Notes under the pieces: generated by a model | The model's database searches: none | Seen by the model: only the letters and a program-made list of their open reading frames with translations | What the model was told of the DNA's origin: nothing | Sequence record: SRR31156797_1106 | Reading direction: 5' to 3' (one strand) | DNA: 26,025 nt | Part shown: piece by piece, positions 16,695-26,025 of the stretch | Position numbering within the stretch: position 1 is the stretch's first letter | Layout of the letters: each line of letters opens with the position of its first letter | Program-made: the position numbers and the translations under genes

Positions 16695-17936
16695 ATGGAA
16701 TCTACTGTAATGAAAAAAGGATATTTTGGGCAATGGGGCGGGGCGTTCATCCCCGAGGTACTCTACGCAACTTTTGCACAACTTAATACCGAGTATGAGA
16801 GTGCCCGTGCAGACACTGCTTTTTGGCAGGAATATGTTGAGTTTATGGGCAATTACTCCTGCCGTCCAACCCCACTGACCTACGCCGAAAACCTCAGTGA
16901 ATATTTTGGTGGCGCAAGAATTTATATCAAAAGGGAAGATCTCAATCATACTGGTGCCCATAAGGCAAACAATGTGATGGGGCAGGGGTTGCTAGTAAAA
17001 CGAATGGGAAAAAAACGTGTTATTGCTGAAACCGGAGCCGGTCAGCATGGGGTTGCCACTGCAACCATGGCAGCCCGTTTAGGCTTTGAGTGCACAGTTT
17101 ATATGGGAGAAGAGGACGTCGCTCGTCAGCGGCCCAACGTTTTTTGGATGGAAAAACTTGGAGCTACTGTGGTGCCCGTCACTTCTGGGTCACGTACACT
17201 GAAGGATGCCATGAATGAGGCCTTCCGTGACTGGGTAAGCTCGATGGATGATACCCACTATGTAATAGGAACGGTGTGTGGTCCGCACCCTTTTCCGGAG
17301 ATGGTGGCCTGGTTTCAGTCCATCATCGGAATTGAGGCACATCAGCAGATCCTGCAGCAATTCGATCGATTGCCCAGTCGTGTATATGCCTGTGTCGGGG
17401 GCGGGTCAAATGCAATGGGAATCTTTCAAGGTTTTCTCGATGCACCTGAGGTGGAGTTGGTGGGTGTTGAGGCTGGGGGAGATGGGATTGATACCAATAG
17501 GCATGCATCTCGTATGACTGGCGGCCGTGCAAGCGCTGGGGTCGCCCAAGGGTACAAGACTCTGTTTCTACAAAATCCAGAGGGCCAAATGCTAGATACG
17601 CATTCCATTGCAGCAGGTTTGGACTACGTCGGAGTATCACCTATCCTGGCTGACCTTGGCGAACAGGGCCGAGTACGGTTTGAGTCGGCGACAGACAAAG
17701 AAGTAGTAGATGCACTCGCTCTGTCCATGCGTAAGGAAGGATTGATTCCTGCACTTGAATCATCCCATGCCTTTGTCCAGGCATTTAAGGACGCTCCTAC
17801 TTTGACTCAGGATGAGGCGATAATTATCAACATGTCAGGTCGTGGAGATAAAGACATTTTTACTGTGGCTCATGCTTTTGATGACCCATCCTGGAAGAAG
17901 TTTATCGTAGATCGGGGTAATGAATACAGTAAGTAA
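16695..17936 (+). CDS. trpB: Tryptophan synthase beta chain (divergent TrpB1-like)
   Basis: GYFGQWGG.FIPE, KREDLNHTGAHK (PLP Lys), AETGAGQHG, CVGGGSN, SIAAGLDY, PALESSHA and SGRGDKD. Alternative start at 16710. Confidence 0.93.
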   Translation: MESTVMKKGYFGQWGGAFIPEVLYATFAQLNTEYESARADTAFWQEYVEFMGNYSCRPTPLTYAENLSEYFGGARIYIKREDLNHTGAHKANNVMGQGLLVKRMGKKRVIAETGAGQHGVATATMAARLGFECTVYMGEEDVARQRPNVFWMEKLGATVVPVTSGSRTLKDAMNEAFRDWVSSMDDTHYVIGTVCGPHPFPEMVAWFQSIIGIEAHQQILQQFDRLPSRVYACVGGGSNAMGIFQGFLDAPEVELVGVEAGGDGIDTNRHASRMTGGRASAGVAQGYKTLFLQNPEGQMLDTHSIAAGLDYVGVSPILADLGEQGRVRFESATDKEVVDALALSMRKEGLIPALESSHAFVQAFKDAPTLTQDEAIIINMSGRGDKDIFTVAHAFDDPSWKKFIVDRGNEYSK

Positions 17937-17993
17937 GCAGAAACCTTTTGTTTACAGCAACAACAATGAACACCGCACATGGTAAGAAAGAGC

Positions 17994-18770
17994 ATGGAAT
18001 TGCAAAGAGAGTTACAACAGCGGCTGGAAAATAAGAATATATTGCTGATGACCCATCTCGTATTAGGGTATCCCTCTTTGGATACCAATAGAGAGGTCAT
18101 TGAACAAATGGCTGCAAATGGGGTCGACTGTATAGAGTTACAGATTCCCTTTACAGAGCCTTTTGCTGATGGTCCAGTTATCATGAAAGCTAATCAGGCG
18201 AGCCTTCAGGGTGGTATAACTGTTGAACAATGTATGGTGTTTGCAGAAGAAATGGCAGCAAAATACCCGAATGTATGTTTCCTGTTTATGACGTATTACA
18301 ATATAGTTTTTAAATACGGGGAGACTGATTTTCTGCGCCGGACACGAGACATCGGTTTGTATGGCACCATTGTAGCTGACCTCCCACCAGAAGAAGGACA
18401 GGATTACCTGACCTTGAGTAAGGAAATGGGGCTAGCGCCAATCAATTTTTTTACACCGACCTCAACCCCGCAGCGAATGGCAGAAGTCGCGCAGCAAGGG
18501 GCAGGGTTTGTTTACTGCGTAGCGCGAAGGGGGGTGACCGGGAAGCAGACAGTCATTGATGAGTCTCTTGAGTCATATTTGAAGCAGTGCCGGGAGGCGA
18601 CGGACTTACCATTGGCAGTGGGGTTTGGTATAGGCAACCGTGAGGATATTGCGATGCTTACCGGGAAGGCCGATATGGCAGTCATTGGTACTGCTATGAT
18701 CAAGCTTGTCGATGAGCAGGGAGCTGCCGCTGTTGGTCCTTTTATTGCTGAACTGACAGGTGCCGCCTGA
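17994..18770 (+). CDS. trpA: Tryptophan synthase alpha chain
   Basis: IELQIPFTEPFADGPVI (catalytic Glu and Asp), FMTYYN, DLPPEE, GFVYCVARRGVTG, AVGFGI and IGTA. Alternative start at 17979. Confidence 0.93.
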   Translation: MELQRELQQRLENKNILLMTHLVLGYPSLDTNREVIEQMAANGVDCIELQIPFTEPFADGPVIMKANQASLQGGITVEQCMVFAEEMAAKYPNVCFLFMTYYNIVFKYGETDFLRRTRDIGLYGTIVADLPPEEGQDYLTLSKEMGLAPINFFTPTSTPQRMAEVAQQGAGFVYCVARRGVTGKQTVIDESLESYLKQCREATDLPLAVGFGIGNREDIAMLTGKADMAVIGTAMIKLVDEQGAAAVGPFIAELTGAA

Positions 18771-18857
18771 GAGAGACAGACTTTTTGAGACAGTATGGGA
18801 ATGTTGATTATTGAGGCTGATAGATAGAACAAGAGAGTAAGAGCATCGGGAGATGTA

Positions 18858-20636
18858 TTGAATATGGGACAGGATAAAACGCAATCACTTGGAACTCAAG
18901 GCGTCACTTGGCAGCTTGATGACCTTTATTCGGGGACAGATGATGTTGCCATTACACAAGATATTGATCTGTGCCGGGGAAAAGCTAATAGTCTGTCTCG
19001 GAAGTATGCTCAGAAAGTGGCTGGTCTCAGTGGAGATGAGATGTTGCTCCTCGTCTCCGAATTGGAAGCTGTTGACACCCTGGTGGCTAAGCTCGGTACA
19101 TTTGCGTACTTATATTTTTCCACCGACACAGGAAGTGCAGAGGCTTCGTCTTTGTTACAACGGGTTGAGGAACTTGATGCAGAGGTAGGGCGTTCTACCG
19201 TTTTTTTTAGACTAGAGTTGAATGCTTTAACAGAGACTGCAGCACGTAAACTGCTCTCTACCCCATCGCTTGCTCCGTATCAGCATTATCTGCAGTCACT
19301 GCGGCGATTTGCTCCGCATCAGCTTTCAGGAAAAGAAGAGGAACTGCTGCAGGATTTAGGCCCAGTCGGTCGTAATGCCTGGAATGTCCTGTTTGACAAA
19401 CTCATGGGGCAGCTACGGTTTGGCGAAACAGGCAGGACAGAAGAAGAAGTGCTCAGTGATTTGTATAACAGTCAACGAAGTGTACGACGGCAAGCAGCAC
19501 AGGAGATGACAGATGCACTCACAGGGAATATGCATCTCCTGACCCATATCTTCAATACTTTGGCATCTGAAAAGATGATCACGGATAGGGTGCGCCGTTA
19601 TGATTCCTGGAACAGTGCAATCAATCTCAGTAACGAACTGGAGGCACAGACTGTTGATACCTTGATAAGTGCGGTGACAGGCCGGTATGGGCTCGTGCAC
19701 CGGTATTATCGATATAAAAAAGAACTGTTGGGGTATGAAGAACTGTTTGATTATGACAGGTATGCCCCTGTGCATAGTGATACCGAAGATCTTATTACGT
19801 GGGATCATTGTCAACAGATCGTGGTTGATGCCTTTACCGGATTTTCTCCTGAGATGGGGGGCATTGCCAATCGCTTCTTTACTGACCGATGGATTCATGC
19901 CCCGATTAGAGAGGGGAAAAGGGGAGGGGCCTATGCCCACCCATGTGTGCCTGAAGTCCACCCTTATGTGATGGTCAATTATGCGGGCACAATGCGTGAT
20001 GTCTCCACGGTAGCACATGAACTCGGTCATGGTGTACACCAGTTTCTAGCAGCAGAGAAGGGATTTTATAATAGTGATACGCCATTGGTACTTGCTGAAA
20101 CCGCCTCAGTTTTTGCCGAATTTATCGTTTTTAACGCTCAACTGGATTTACTCAAAGACGAAAAACAGCGGCGAAGCTTTATATGTCAGAAATTGGAATC
20201 TATTTTTGCTACTGTCTTTAGGCAGGTTGCAATGAATCGGTTTGAACATCACATGCATGTTCAACGAAGAGAAAAAGGCGAACTATCTGCGGAGGAATAT
20301 GCTGCTGTTTGGTTAGAAACCCAAACGGCTATGTTCGGAGATTCCGTTACGTTGACGAAAAATTATGCCTCCTGGTGGTCCTATATTCCGCATTTTCTCA
20401 GTACGCCAGGTTATGTGTATTCCTATGCCTTTGGTGAGTTGCTGGTTTTAGCTCTCTACTCCCGCTACCAGCAGGAAGGAAGTGCATTTGTTACCAAATA
20501 CCAAACACTGCTTACGGCGGGAGGCAGCCGCTCGCCTTACGAATTACTGGCGCCATTTGATATTGATTTGAATGCGGCATCTTTCTGGGAGGGAGGACTT
20601 GAGACAATAGAGTCGCTTTTAAACAGGCTGGACTGA
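18858..20636 (+). CDS. pepF: M3 family oligoendopeptidase F
   Basis: W.L.DLY N-terminus, GKRGGAY, TVAHELGHGVH zinc motif, AETASVFAE and WSYIPHF...YVYSYAFG. Start is TTG 18858 or ATG 18864. Confidence 0.93.
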   Translation: MNMGQDKTQSLGTQGVTWQLDDLYSGTDDVAITQDIDLCRGKANSLSRKYAQKVAGLSGDEMLLLVSELEAVDTLVAKLGTFAYLYFSTDTGSAEASSLLQRVEELDAEVGRSTVFFRLELNALTETAARKLLSTPSLAPYQHYLQSLRRFAPHQLSGKEEELLQDLGPVGRNAWNVLFDKLMGQLRFGETGRTEEEVLSDLYNSQRSVRRQAAQEMTDALTGNMHLLTHIFNTLASEKMITDRVRRYDSWNSAINLSNELEAQTVDTLISAVTGRYGLVHRYYRYKKELLGYEELFDYDRYAPVHSDTEDLITWDHCQQIVVDAFTGFSPEMGGIANRFFTDRWIHAPIREGKRGGAYAHPCVPEVHPYVMVNYAGTMRDVSTVAHELGHGVHQFLAAEKGFYNSDTPLVLAETASVFAEFIVFNAQLDLLKDEKQRRSFICQKLESIFATVFRQVAMNRFEHHMHVQRREKGELSAEEYAAVWLETQTAMFGDSVTLTKNYASWWSYIPHFLSTPGYVYSYAFGELLVLALYSRYQQEGSAFVTKYQTLLTAGGSRSPYELLAPFDIDLNAASFWEGGLETIESLLNRLD

Positions 20637-20670
20637 TTGCATTAGGTCAGGGAAAAAGGGCATCTTGTAA

Positions 20671-21609
20671 TTATTGCGTCGTACTGGTTGATTTTTGTTT
20701 TACCCCCCCTTGAATGAGGAGCATTGCTGGTAAAATAAGTATAACTCCAAAAAGGGTCGAAAGTGAGGGGATGCCATGTCCCAGGAGCCACTCAATGATG
20801 ACTATGAGTGGCGGATGAAGAAAGGAATAAGCTGTGACCCTGGTAGGTCCCAAATAGAGAGTAGCCCATTTGGTAATGAAGAAAGTAATGATTGTGGTGA
20901 AAATTGCCAGGTAGACAATCCCTGTCCATATTTTCGGCTGGATATCCAGCCAGGATACAGTCGGGAGTTTGTATCCAAAGAGCAGCAGCAGCCAGCCGCA
21001 TCCGGTCACCAGGACCCAAAAGGTCATTATTGCCATTGGTTCGTCTTTATGGAAGCGTCTGACCAAGGGCGGATACAGTGCCATAAACAGACAACCAATG
21101 AAAAAAATCAAATCCCCCTGATTAAGGTCGAGGGTGAGCAATTTTTGCAGGTTGCCTTGAAAAATAACCCACAGCGCTCCTAAAGTGGCCGGAAGAAGAG
21201 AGGCCAACCGATATTTCCCGAGCTTTTCCTTTATTAATACAGCGCTGTAAAGACTTGATATGCCAGGAACCAGGGTGAAAATAACGCCAGTATTGAGTGC
21301 AGTGGTATATCGCAATGCCAGGAACATTGACCAGAAAAAGCCGACCAGAACTCCACTGATAAGGCTGTAACGAAAGAGAGCAGCTGCAGAGGGAGGTATT
21401 AGCTTATACTGCCACTGGATATAGGGCATGAAAAAGCAGGCAGCGCAGATAAACCTGAGTAGAATTATGATGCCAGGGTCAAGGGCAGGGGCAATTGCTT
21501 TTCCTACTGTAAATGAAGTGGCAACCAAGGTGGTACTAAAGAAAATAGACCCATGTACCAACCAGAGTGGGGGATGTGGCCCTCTATTGGGTCTTAAACC
21601 AAACCTCAT
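20671..21609 (-). CDS. DMT/EamA family transporter
   Basis: About 10 TM helices in two repeats (LLRF, LIKEKL, GDLIF, LGPTRVT). The start overlaps the suhB stop (ATGA). Confidence 0.88.
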   Translation of the reverse strand: MRFGLRPNRGPHPPLWLVHGSIFFSTTLVATSFTVGKAIAPALDPGIIILLRFICAACFFMPYIQWQYKLIPPSAAALFRYSLISGVLVGFFWSMFLALRYTTALNTGVIFTLVPGISSLYSAVLIKEKLGKYRLASLLPATLGALWVIFQGNLQKLLTLDLNQGDLIFFIGCLFMALYPPLVRRFHKDEPMAIMTFWVLVTGCGWLLLLFGYKLPTVSWLDIQPKIWTGIVYLAIFTTIITFFITKWATLYLGPTRVTAYSFLHPPLIVIIEWLLGHGIPSLSTLFGVILILPAMLLIQGGVKQKSTSTTQ

Positions 21610-22424
21610 GTAAGCAGGGGCAGCAGTTTGTGGTGCAAGCTGCTGTTGGTTGCGACTATTTCGTTAGCTAAAGCAGAGAAGGGCTTGCCTGTATAATCGC
21701 TCACTTTGCCGCCAGCTTCTTCCACCAGCAACCAGCCGGCAGCCGTATCCCATGGTTGTAATTCCCTTTCGTAAAACCCGTCAAGGCGACCACATGCGAC
21801 ATAAGCAAGGTCAAGTGCCGCTGCACCTGCACGCCGAATATCACGTACCCGAGGCAGAACAGTTTCTATTTGAGAGAGAAGTTCTGGTAAGTGTTGGGGG
21901 ACCTCATAGGGAAACCCCGTACCGATGAGTGATTCAATAAGCCGACTTGTCGCTGTAACTTTTACGGGTTCTCCATTGAGCCAAGCTCCTTTCCCTGCAC
22001 AAGCATAAAACAACTCATCCATACAGGGGGAATATATCGCACAGACCTTTGGCATTCCGCTATCAAGAAGGGCTATGGAAACGGCAAAATAGGGAAAGCC
22101 ATGGGCAAAGTTGGTGGTTCCGTCCAGAGGATCAACGACCCATAATTGTCTTCCCAGCTCACCGGGCTTATCCTTTGCTGATTCTTCAGCAAGCAGAGCA
22201 ATACCAGGAGTGTCTTCTTGCAGAGAAGCAGTAATGGCTGCTTCTACTGCAAAGTCTGCCTCGGTGACAAGGTCTGTCTTCCCCTTCATCCTAATAATGT
22301 GCGGCTGTTTATAGAGCGATGTAAGCAATGATCCTCCAATCAAGGAGGCTTTGCAGGCAGCTTTCAGAAGAATGTCTTGCGGTGATTTTTCACAGATGGC
22401 TGCAGCGGTTACAATTCTATTCAT
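21606..22424 (-). CDS. suhB: Inositol monophosphatase family protein (SuhB-like)
   Basis: DLVTEAD, LAEE, WVVDPLDGTTNFAHG, RRAGAAALDLAYVACGRLDG and WDTAAG. Confidence 0.92.
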   Translation of the reverse strand: MNRIVTAAAICEKSPQDILLKAACKASLIGGSLLTSLYKQPHIIRMKGKTDLVTEADFAVEAAITASLQEDTPGIALLAEESAKDKPGELGRQLWVVDPLDGTTNFAHGFPYFAVSIALLDSGMPKVCAIYSPCMDELFYACAGKGAWLNGEPVKVTATSRLIESLIGTGFPYEVPQHLPELLSQIETVLPRVRDIRRAGAAALDLAYVACGRLDGFYERELQPWDTAAGWLLVEEAGGKVSDYTGKPFSALANEIVATNSSLHHKLLPLLT

Positions 22425-22537
22425 TTTGTATGGATAAATGACATAGTTGATATTGGGATGAGGATGCCCTGGAGCTGCTGGAGTTTTTGAAAATCAACGC
22501 CTTCAAAATGTGTATCAAAATTTTTAAAAGACTTTCC

Positions 22538-23416
22538 TCAGGTCCTGAGGTCGTCGTCCCAGAGAGTAAGTACCTCTTTATATACAGCGGAACGGGGAAG
22601 ATCAAGATCCCCAGAGATATGGCGGACAGTATCTCTGAGACTGGCATTTTGTTCATCCCGGTACCAGCTAACAAGCTCCCTCAGGTTGTCAGGCTTTTCT
22701 TGTAGTGGGGCCGCAGCACCTTCAACGATAAGTACCAGTTCTCCTTTGACGCCTTTTGTGACAGATTCAAGCAATTGGGTTAATTTCCCCTCACGGCATT
22801 CTTCATGAATTTTAGTAAGTTCTCTTATGAGCTGAGCTTCCCGGTTGCCAAGAACCTTAAGGAGATCCTTCAGTGTTGTTTGGATTTTGTGTGGGGATGC
22901 ATAAAAGACTAACGGCCAAGTTAGGTGACGAAGGCCTTTGATAAGTTGGAGGCGCTCACTGTTTTTGGCAGGCAGAAAACCTGCAAAGAAAAATCCAGTT
23001 TCGGTAATACCGGATATGGACAAGGCCGCGGCAAGGGCTGAAGGGCCACCGACAGCAGAGACCTTAATACCAGCACTTCTCGCTTTTTTTACGAGTATAG
23101 CACCAGGGTCAGAAAGGCCAGGCGTTCCGGCATCGGAAACAAGTGCCAGATTTTTTCCATTGCAAAGTTGGTTGATAAGTTTGTCAGATTTTTGTTGTTC
23201 TTTTTCTCGGTAATAGCTGGTGAGAGGGGTGGTTATCCCAAAAGTTGAACAGAGTTTTTTAGTGTGTCTCGTGTCTTCACATGCGATAATATCCACGGAT
23301 TGTAAAACTTCGCAAGCTCGTTTGCTCATCTCTCCGAGGTTGCCAATGGGCGTGGCAACGACATAGAGCTGGCCGGAGGTTGTTTGATCGTTGGGGAGAT
23401 GATGATCCTGTTTCAT
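22538..23416 (-). CDS. rsmI: 16S rRNA (cytidine(1402)-2'-O)-methyltransferase
   Basis: LYVVATPIGNL, ACEDTRHT, VSDAGTPGLSDPG, RELTKIHEE and KGELVL. Probable ATG at 23416. Confidence 0.95.
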   Translation of the reverse strand: MKQDHHLPNDQTTSGQLYVVATPIGNLGEMSKRACEVLQSVDIIACEDTRHTKKLCSTFGITTPLTSYYREKEQQKSDKLINQLCNGKNLALVSDAGTPGLSDPGAILVKKARSAGIKVSAVGGPSALAAALSISGITETGFFFAGFLPAKNSERLQLIKGLRHLTWPLVFYASPHKIQTTLKDLLKVLGNREAQLIRELTKIHEECREGKLTQLLESVTKGVKGELVLIVEGAAAPLQEKPDNLRELVSWYRDEQNASLRDTVRHISGDLDLPRSAVYKEVLTLWDDDLRT

Positions 23417-23588
23417 GGGGGAACAGTTATTCTCTAGTGTGATATAAGAAAGATGGTTGAAAAGGGTGGACTCAGGACCAGTAAATAAAAAGGATGTGGG
23501 TGACAATGAAAAAAGGTATCCTGAATGATCCGGGTAAAATAGCAAAATGTTGCATTAACTGCTGTAGAAATATTGCCACAGAGGCGGC

Positions 23589-25928
23589 ATGACTGACAAT
23601 TATTTTCAAATTTTTTTCCAAAGCGGACAAATTGCACGGTGGCTGATAAATTTTAAAGCATTGCAGGTTGAATGCGAAAATTTACGCCGTTTGGAACTCT
23701 CAGATCTCGATGCATATCTTTCAGCAGAACGGCAGCTTCAGGAAAAGGGAGTGAGCTTGTTGCAAACTCTCGCAGTGAATGCAAGTATGCTGGCTCTTTT
23801 TGATGTGGAAAATGAAGCCAAATTTGTACCAGAAATCCCCTCGTTTTTTTCTATAGAAAAAACAGATTTTTTTCGCAAAGTGACCTCTCTACTCCTCCAT
23901 GGCAAACAAAATGCCTCCTTTGAAACCGAGGTCTTTTTGAAGGAGCGAGGACGCTTGTTTTTCACTGTGTATATGGACGTTCTGCCAGAAGAAGGAATGG
24001 ACGTAGCCATGTTAAGTTTTGTTGATATTACAGAAGAAAGACATGTTATTTCGCAGCTGCAGGAGTCCATGGAAAAGTATCGGATGCTGATAACCGCTGC
24101 AAACGATGCGATCATATTAATAGATTGTGCCGCCAGCAAAATTTTAGAGGTCAACCCGCAAGCAGTTATTCTTTTTAGCCGTGAGCCTGAAACAATGGTC
24201 GGCAGTGACCATACCTTACTTTATCCAAAGGAAGAAAGGGGCACCTATCGTAAGTATTATCAGCAACAGCTTTATGGCGAGGGTAATGCTGGAAGTTTAG
24301 ATACTGCTATATCTGGTGGAGATGGCGAACTGGTGCCTGTACAGATTCAATTGGCCAGTGCTGAAATCGGCGAGAGAAGAGTGGCACTGGTCACATTCCA
24401 TGATTTACGCAATAGGTTAAAATTGGAAGAGCGGCGGCGGCTTTTGGCAACAGCAGTAGAACAGGCAGCCGAATCTATTGTGATTACCGATATATCAGGT
24501 AAAATTGAATATGTGAATCCAGCATTTGAAGAGGTCAGCGGGTATGACATTACAGAGGTAGTCGGTCGATCTCCAGGATTGCTGCGCAGCAGTGAGAGCT
24601 CCAGAATGGAAACAAACTTGATGTGGCAGGAAATTCGTAAGGGGTTGGTTTGGAGGGGAACATTTACAAATAAGAGGAAAGACGGCAGTTTGTTTAAAGA
24701 GGAAGCAACCATTACCCCCGTCAAAGATTCTCAGGGAACAATCAGGCATTATGTAGCGGTAAAAAGAGATATTACTAGACAATTGACCTTAGAAAACCAG
24801 GTCCGACAGTCACAAAAAATGCAGGCAATCGGTACACTTGCTGGAGGGGTTGCCCATGATTTCAATAATATCCTTACCGCTATCTTGGGGTACGCTGAAC
24901 TGAGCCAAGCTCTTAGCGAAGAAAATACAGTTCTCCACGATAACTTAGGGGAAGTTATAATAGGAGCGGAAAGGGCGGGAAAACTCATCAATCAGATTCT
25001 CCAGTTCAGTCGCCAGAGTGAAAAAAGCGTTTCCACCTTGCAGATAGATTTGATCGTAAACGAGGTATTAAAGCTTCTGCGGGCAAGTCTCCCTGCCAAT
25101 ATTGAAATAATTGCAAATTTATCCAAAGGGGCAATGGTGAAGGCGGACCCGACGCAAATGCATCAAGTTGTCTTGAACTTGTGTACCAATGCCTTTCAGG
25201 TGTTGGAGGACACTGGTGGAGAGATAAAAGTTGGCCTGGAAGAAGTTGTATTAGGTCCTCGCAAAGGATTGGAGATAGGTAACCTTAGTCCTGGGGCATA
25301 TGTATGTATCACTGTCGAAGACAACGGAAAAGGAATTCCAAAAGAGTATATATCACGAATATTTGAGCCATATTTTACAACTAAGCCAAAAAATGAAGGA
25401 ACAGGGCTTGGTTTGTCAGTTGTACATGGAATAGTAAATGACCACCGTGGAGCAGTAAAAGTTGAATCAGCTATCGGTAAAGGAACTAAGTTCTCTTTGT
25501 ACATACCGGCTGCAGACCCAGAGGAAAATGACTGGAAGGTGGATGGAAAGTCTTCTGTATTTAAAGGCGGTAGAATTCTTATAGTTGATGATGAACCGCA
25601 AATAGTAGCGCTCCAGTCGCAAGTCCTTGAGCATCTAGGGTACGAGGTCGTTTCTTGTACTGTGAGCAAAGAGGCTCTAAAGAAATTCGACGAATCAAAT
25701 GGTGACTTTGATCTTGTTATTACTGATATGGGAATGCCGGAAATGACAGGGCTGGAGTTGTTTGAGCGTATAAAAGAGCTTAATCCGCAGAGTAAGGTTC
25801 TTCTCTGTACCGGCTATAGTAAGCTGGTCACTAGAGAAAATGCAGAGGAGTTGGGGCTTGCCGGTTACTTAGCCAAGCCGTTTAATGCCGAGGATCTCGC
25901 CTATGAAGTGGGACGGATCTTGGAATAG
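23589..25928 (+). CDS. Cytoplasmic PAS-domain hybrid sensor histidine kinase/response regulator
   Basis: Two clear PAS/PAC domains, H-box GTLAGGVAHDFNNIL, NLCTNA, DNGKG, FEPYFTTK and GTGLGLS, plus a C-terminal REC (ILIVDDE, ITDMGMP, LAKP). No evident TM segment. Confidence 0.92.
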   Translation: MTDNYFQIFFQSGQIARWLINFKALQVECENLRRLELSDLDAYLSAERQLQEKGVSLLQTLAVNASMLALFDVENEAKFVPEIPSFFSIEKTDFFRKVTSLLLHGKQNASFETEVFLKERGRLFFTVYMDVLPEEGMDVAMLSFVDITEERHVISQLQESMEKYRMLITAANDAIILIDCAASKILEVNPQAVILFSREPETMVGSDHTLLYPKEERGTYRKYYQQQLYGEGNAGSLDTAISGGDGELVPVQIQLASAEIGERRVALVTFHDLRNRLKLEERRRLLATAVEQAAESIVITDISGKIEYVNPAFEEVSGYDITEVVGRSPGLLRSSESSRMETNLMWQEIRKGLVWRGTFTNKRKDGSLFKEEATITPVKDSQGTIRHYVAVKRDITRQLTLENQVRQSQKMQAIGTLAGGVAHDFNNILTAILGYAELSQALSEENTVLHDNLGEVIIGAERAGKLINQILQFSRQSEKSVSTLQIDLIVNEVLKLLRASLPANIEIIANLSKGAMVKADPTQMHQVVLNLCTNAFQVLEDTGGEIKVGLEEVVLGPRKGLEIGNLSPGAYVCITVEDNGKGIPKEYISRIFEPYFTTKPKNEGTGLGLSVVHGIVNDHRGAVKVESAIGKGTKFSLYIPAADPEENDWKVDGKSSVFKGGRILIVDDEPQIVALQSQVLEHLGYEVVSCTVSKEALKKFDESNGDFDLVITDMGMPEMTGLELFERIKELNPQSKVLLCTGYSKLVTRENAEELGLAGYLAKPFNAEDLAYEVGRILE

Positions 25929-26025
25929 GCTAAAGGGAATGAGTAAAGGGTAACTGTACAGAGTATTGCTGTATCCAAGCAGGGGAGGGGCATATCAGGC
26001 AAAAAAAATCCCCAATACACGTTTG

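Noticed and set aside
19413..20039. 208-aa antisense ORF
   Set aside because: Shadow of pepF on the opposite strand, with no motifs.
22417..22705. Short ORFs overlapping the rsmI 3' end and the suhB spacer
   Set aside because: They overlap a bona fide gene and have no recognisable motifs.
1..26025. CRISPR arrays, tRNA/rRNA genes, transposases/integrases and defence systems
   Set aside because: No regularly spaced repeats, cloverleaf or rRNA signatures, or mobile-element/defence protein motifs were seen by inspection.

Overview
About 26 kb of chromosomal DNA. The gene complement suggests a sulfate-reducing Desulfobacterota, possibly Desulfocapsaceae/Desulfobulbales-like; this is inference. 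Contents from left to right: (1) a C4-dicarboxylate locus with dctB (5'-truncated), dctD, a sigma-54 promoter with tandem upstream sites, TRAP dctPQM and a universal stress protein; (2) a small exported monoheme cytochrome c ending in ...DSCG; (3) a heavily degraded proline-racemase-family pseudogene, only partly visible in the ORF track; (4) an L,D-transpeptidase and a CyuA/YhaM-type cysteine desulfidase; (5) a three-subunit succinate dehydrogenase/fumarate reductase (sdhCAB); (6) a ~530 aa GalT/HIT-like protein with a variant active-site motif, followed by a stand-alone divergent trpBA pair and oligoendopeptidase F; (7) an EamA transporter, suhB, rsmI and a PAS hybrid histidine kinase. No rRNA, tRNA, CRISPR array or mobile element was seen. 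Best leads: the GalT-like + divergent trpBA cluster, the Cys-tailed cytochrome c with a SECIS-like hairpin after TGA-TGA, and the pseudogene.
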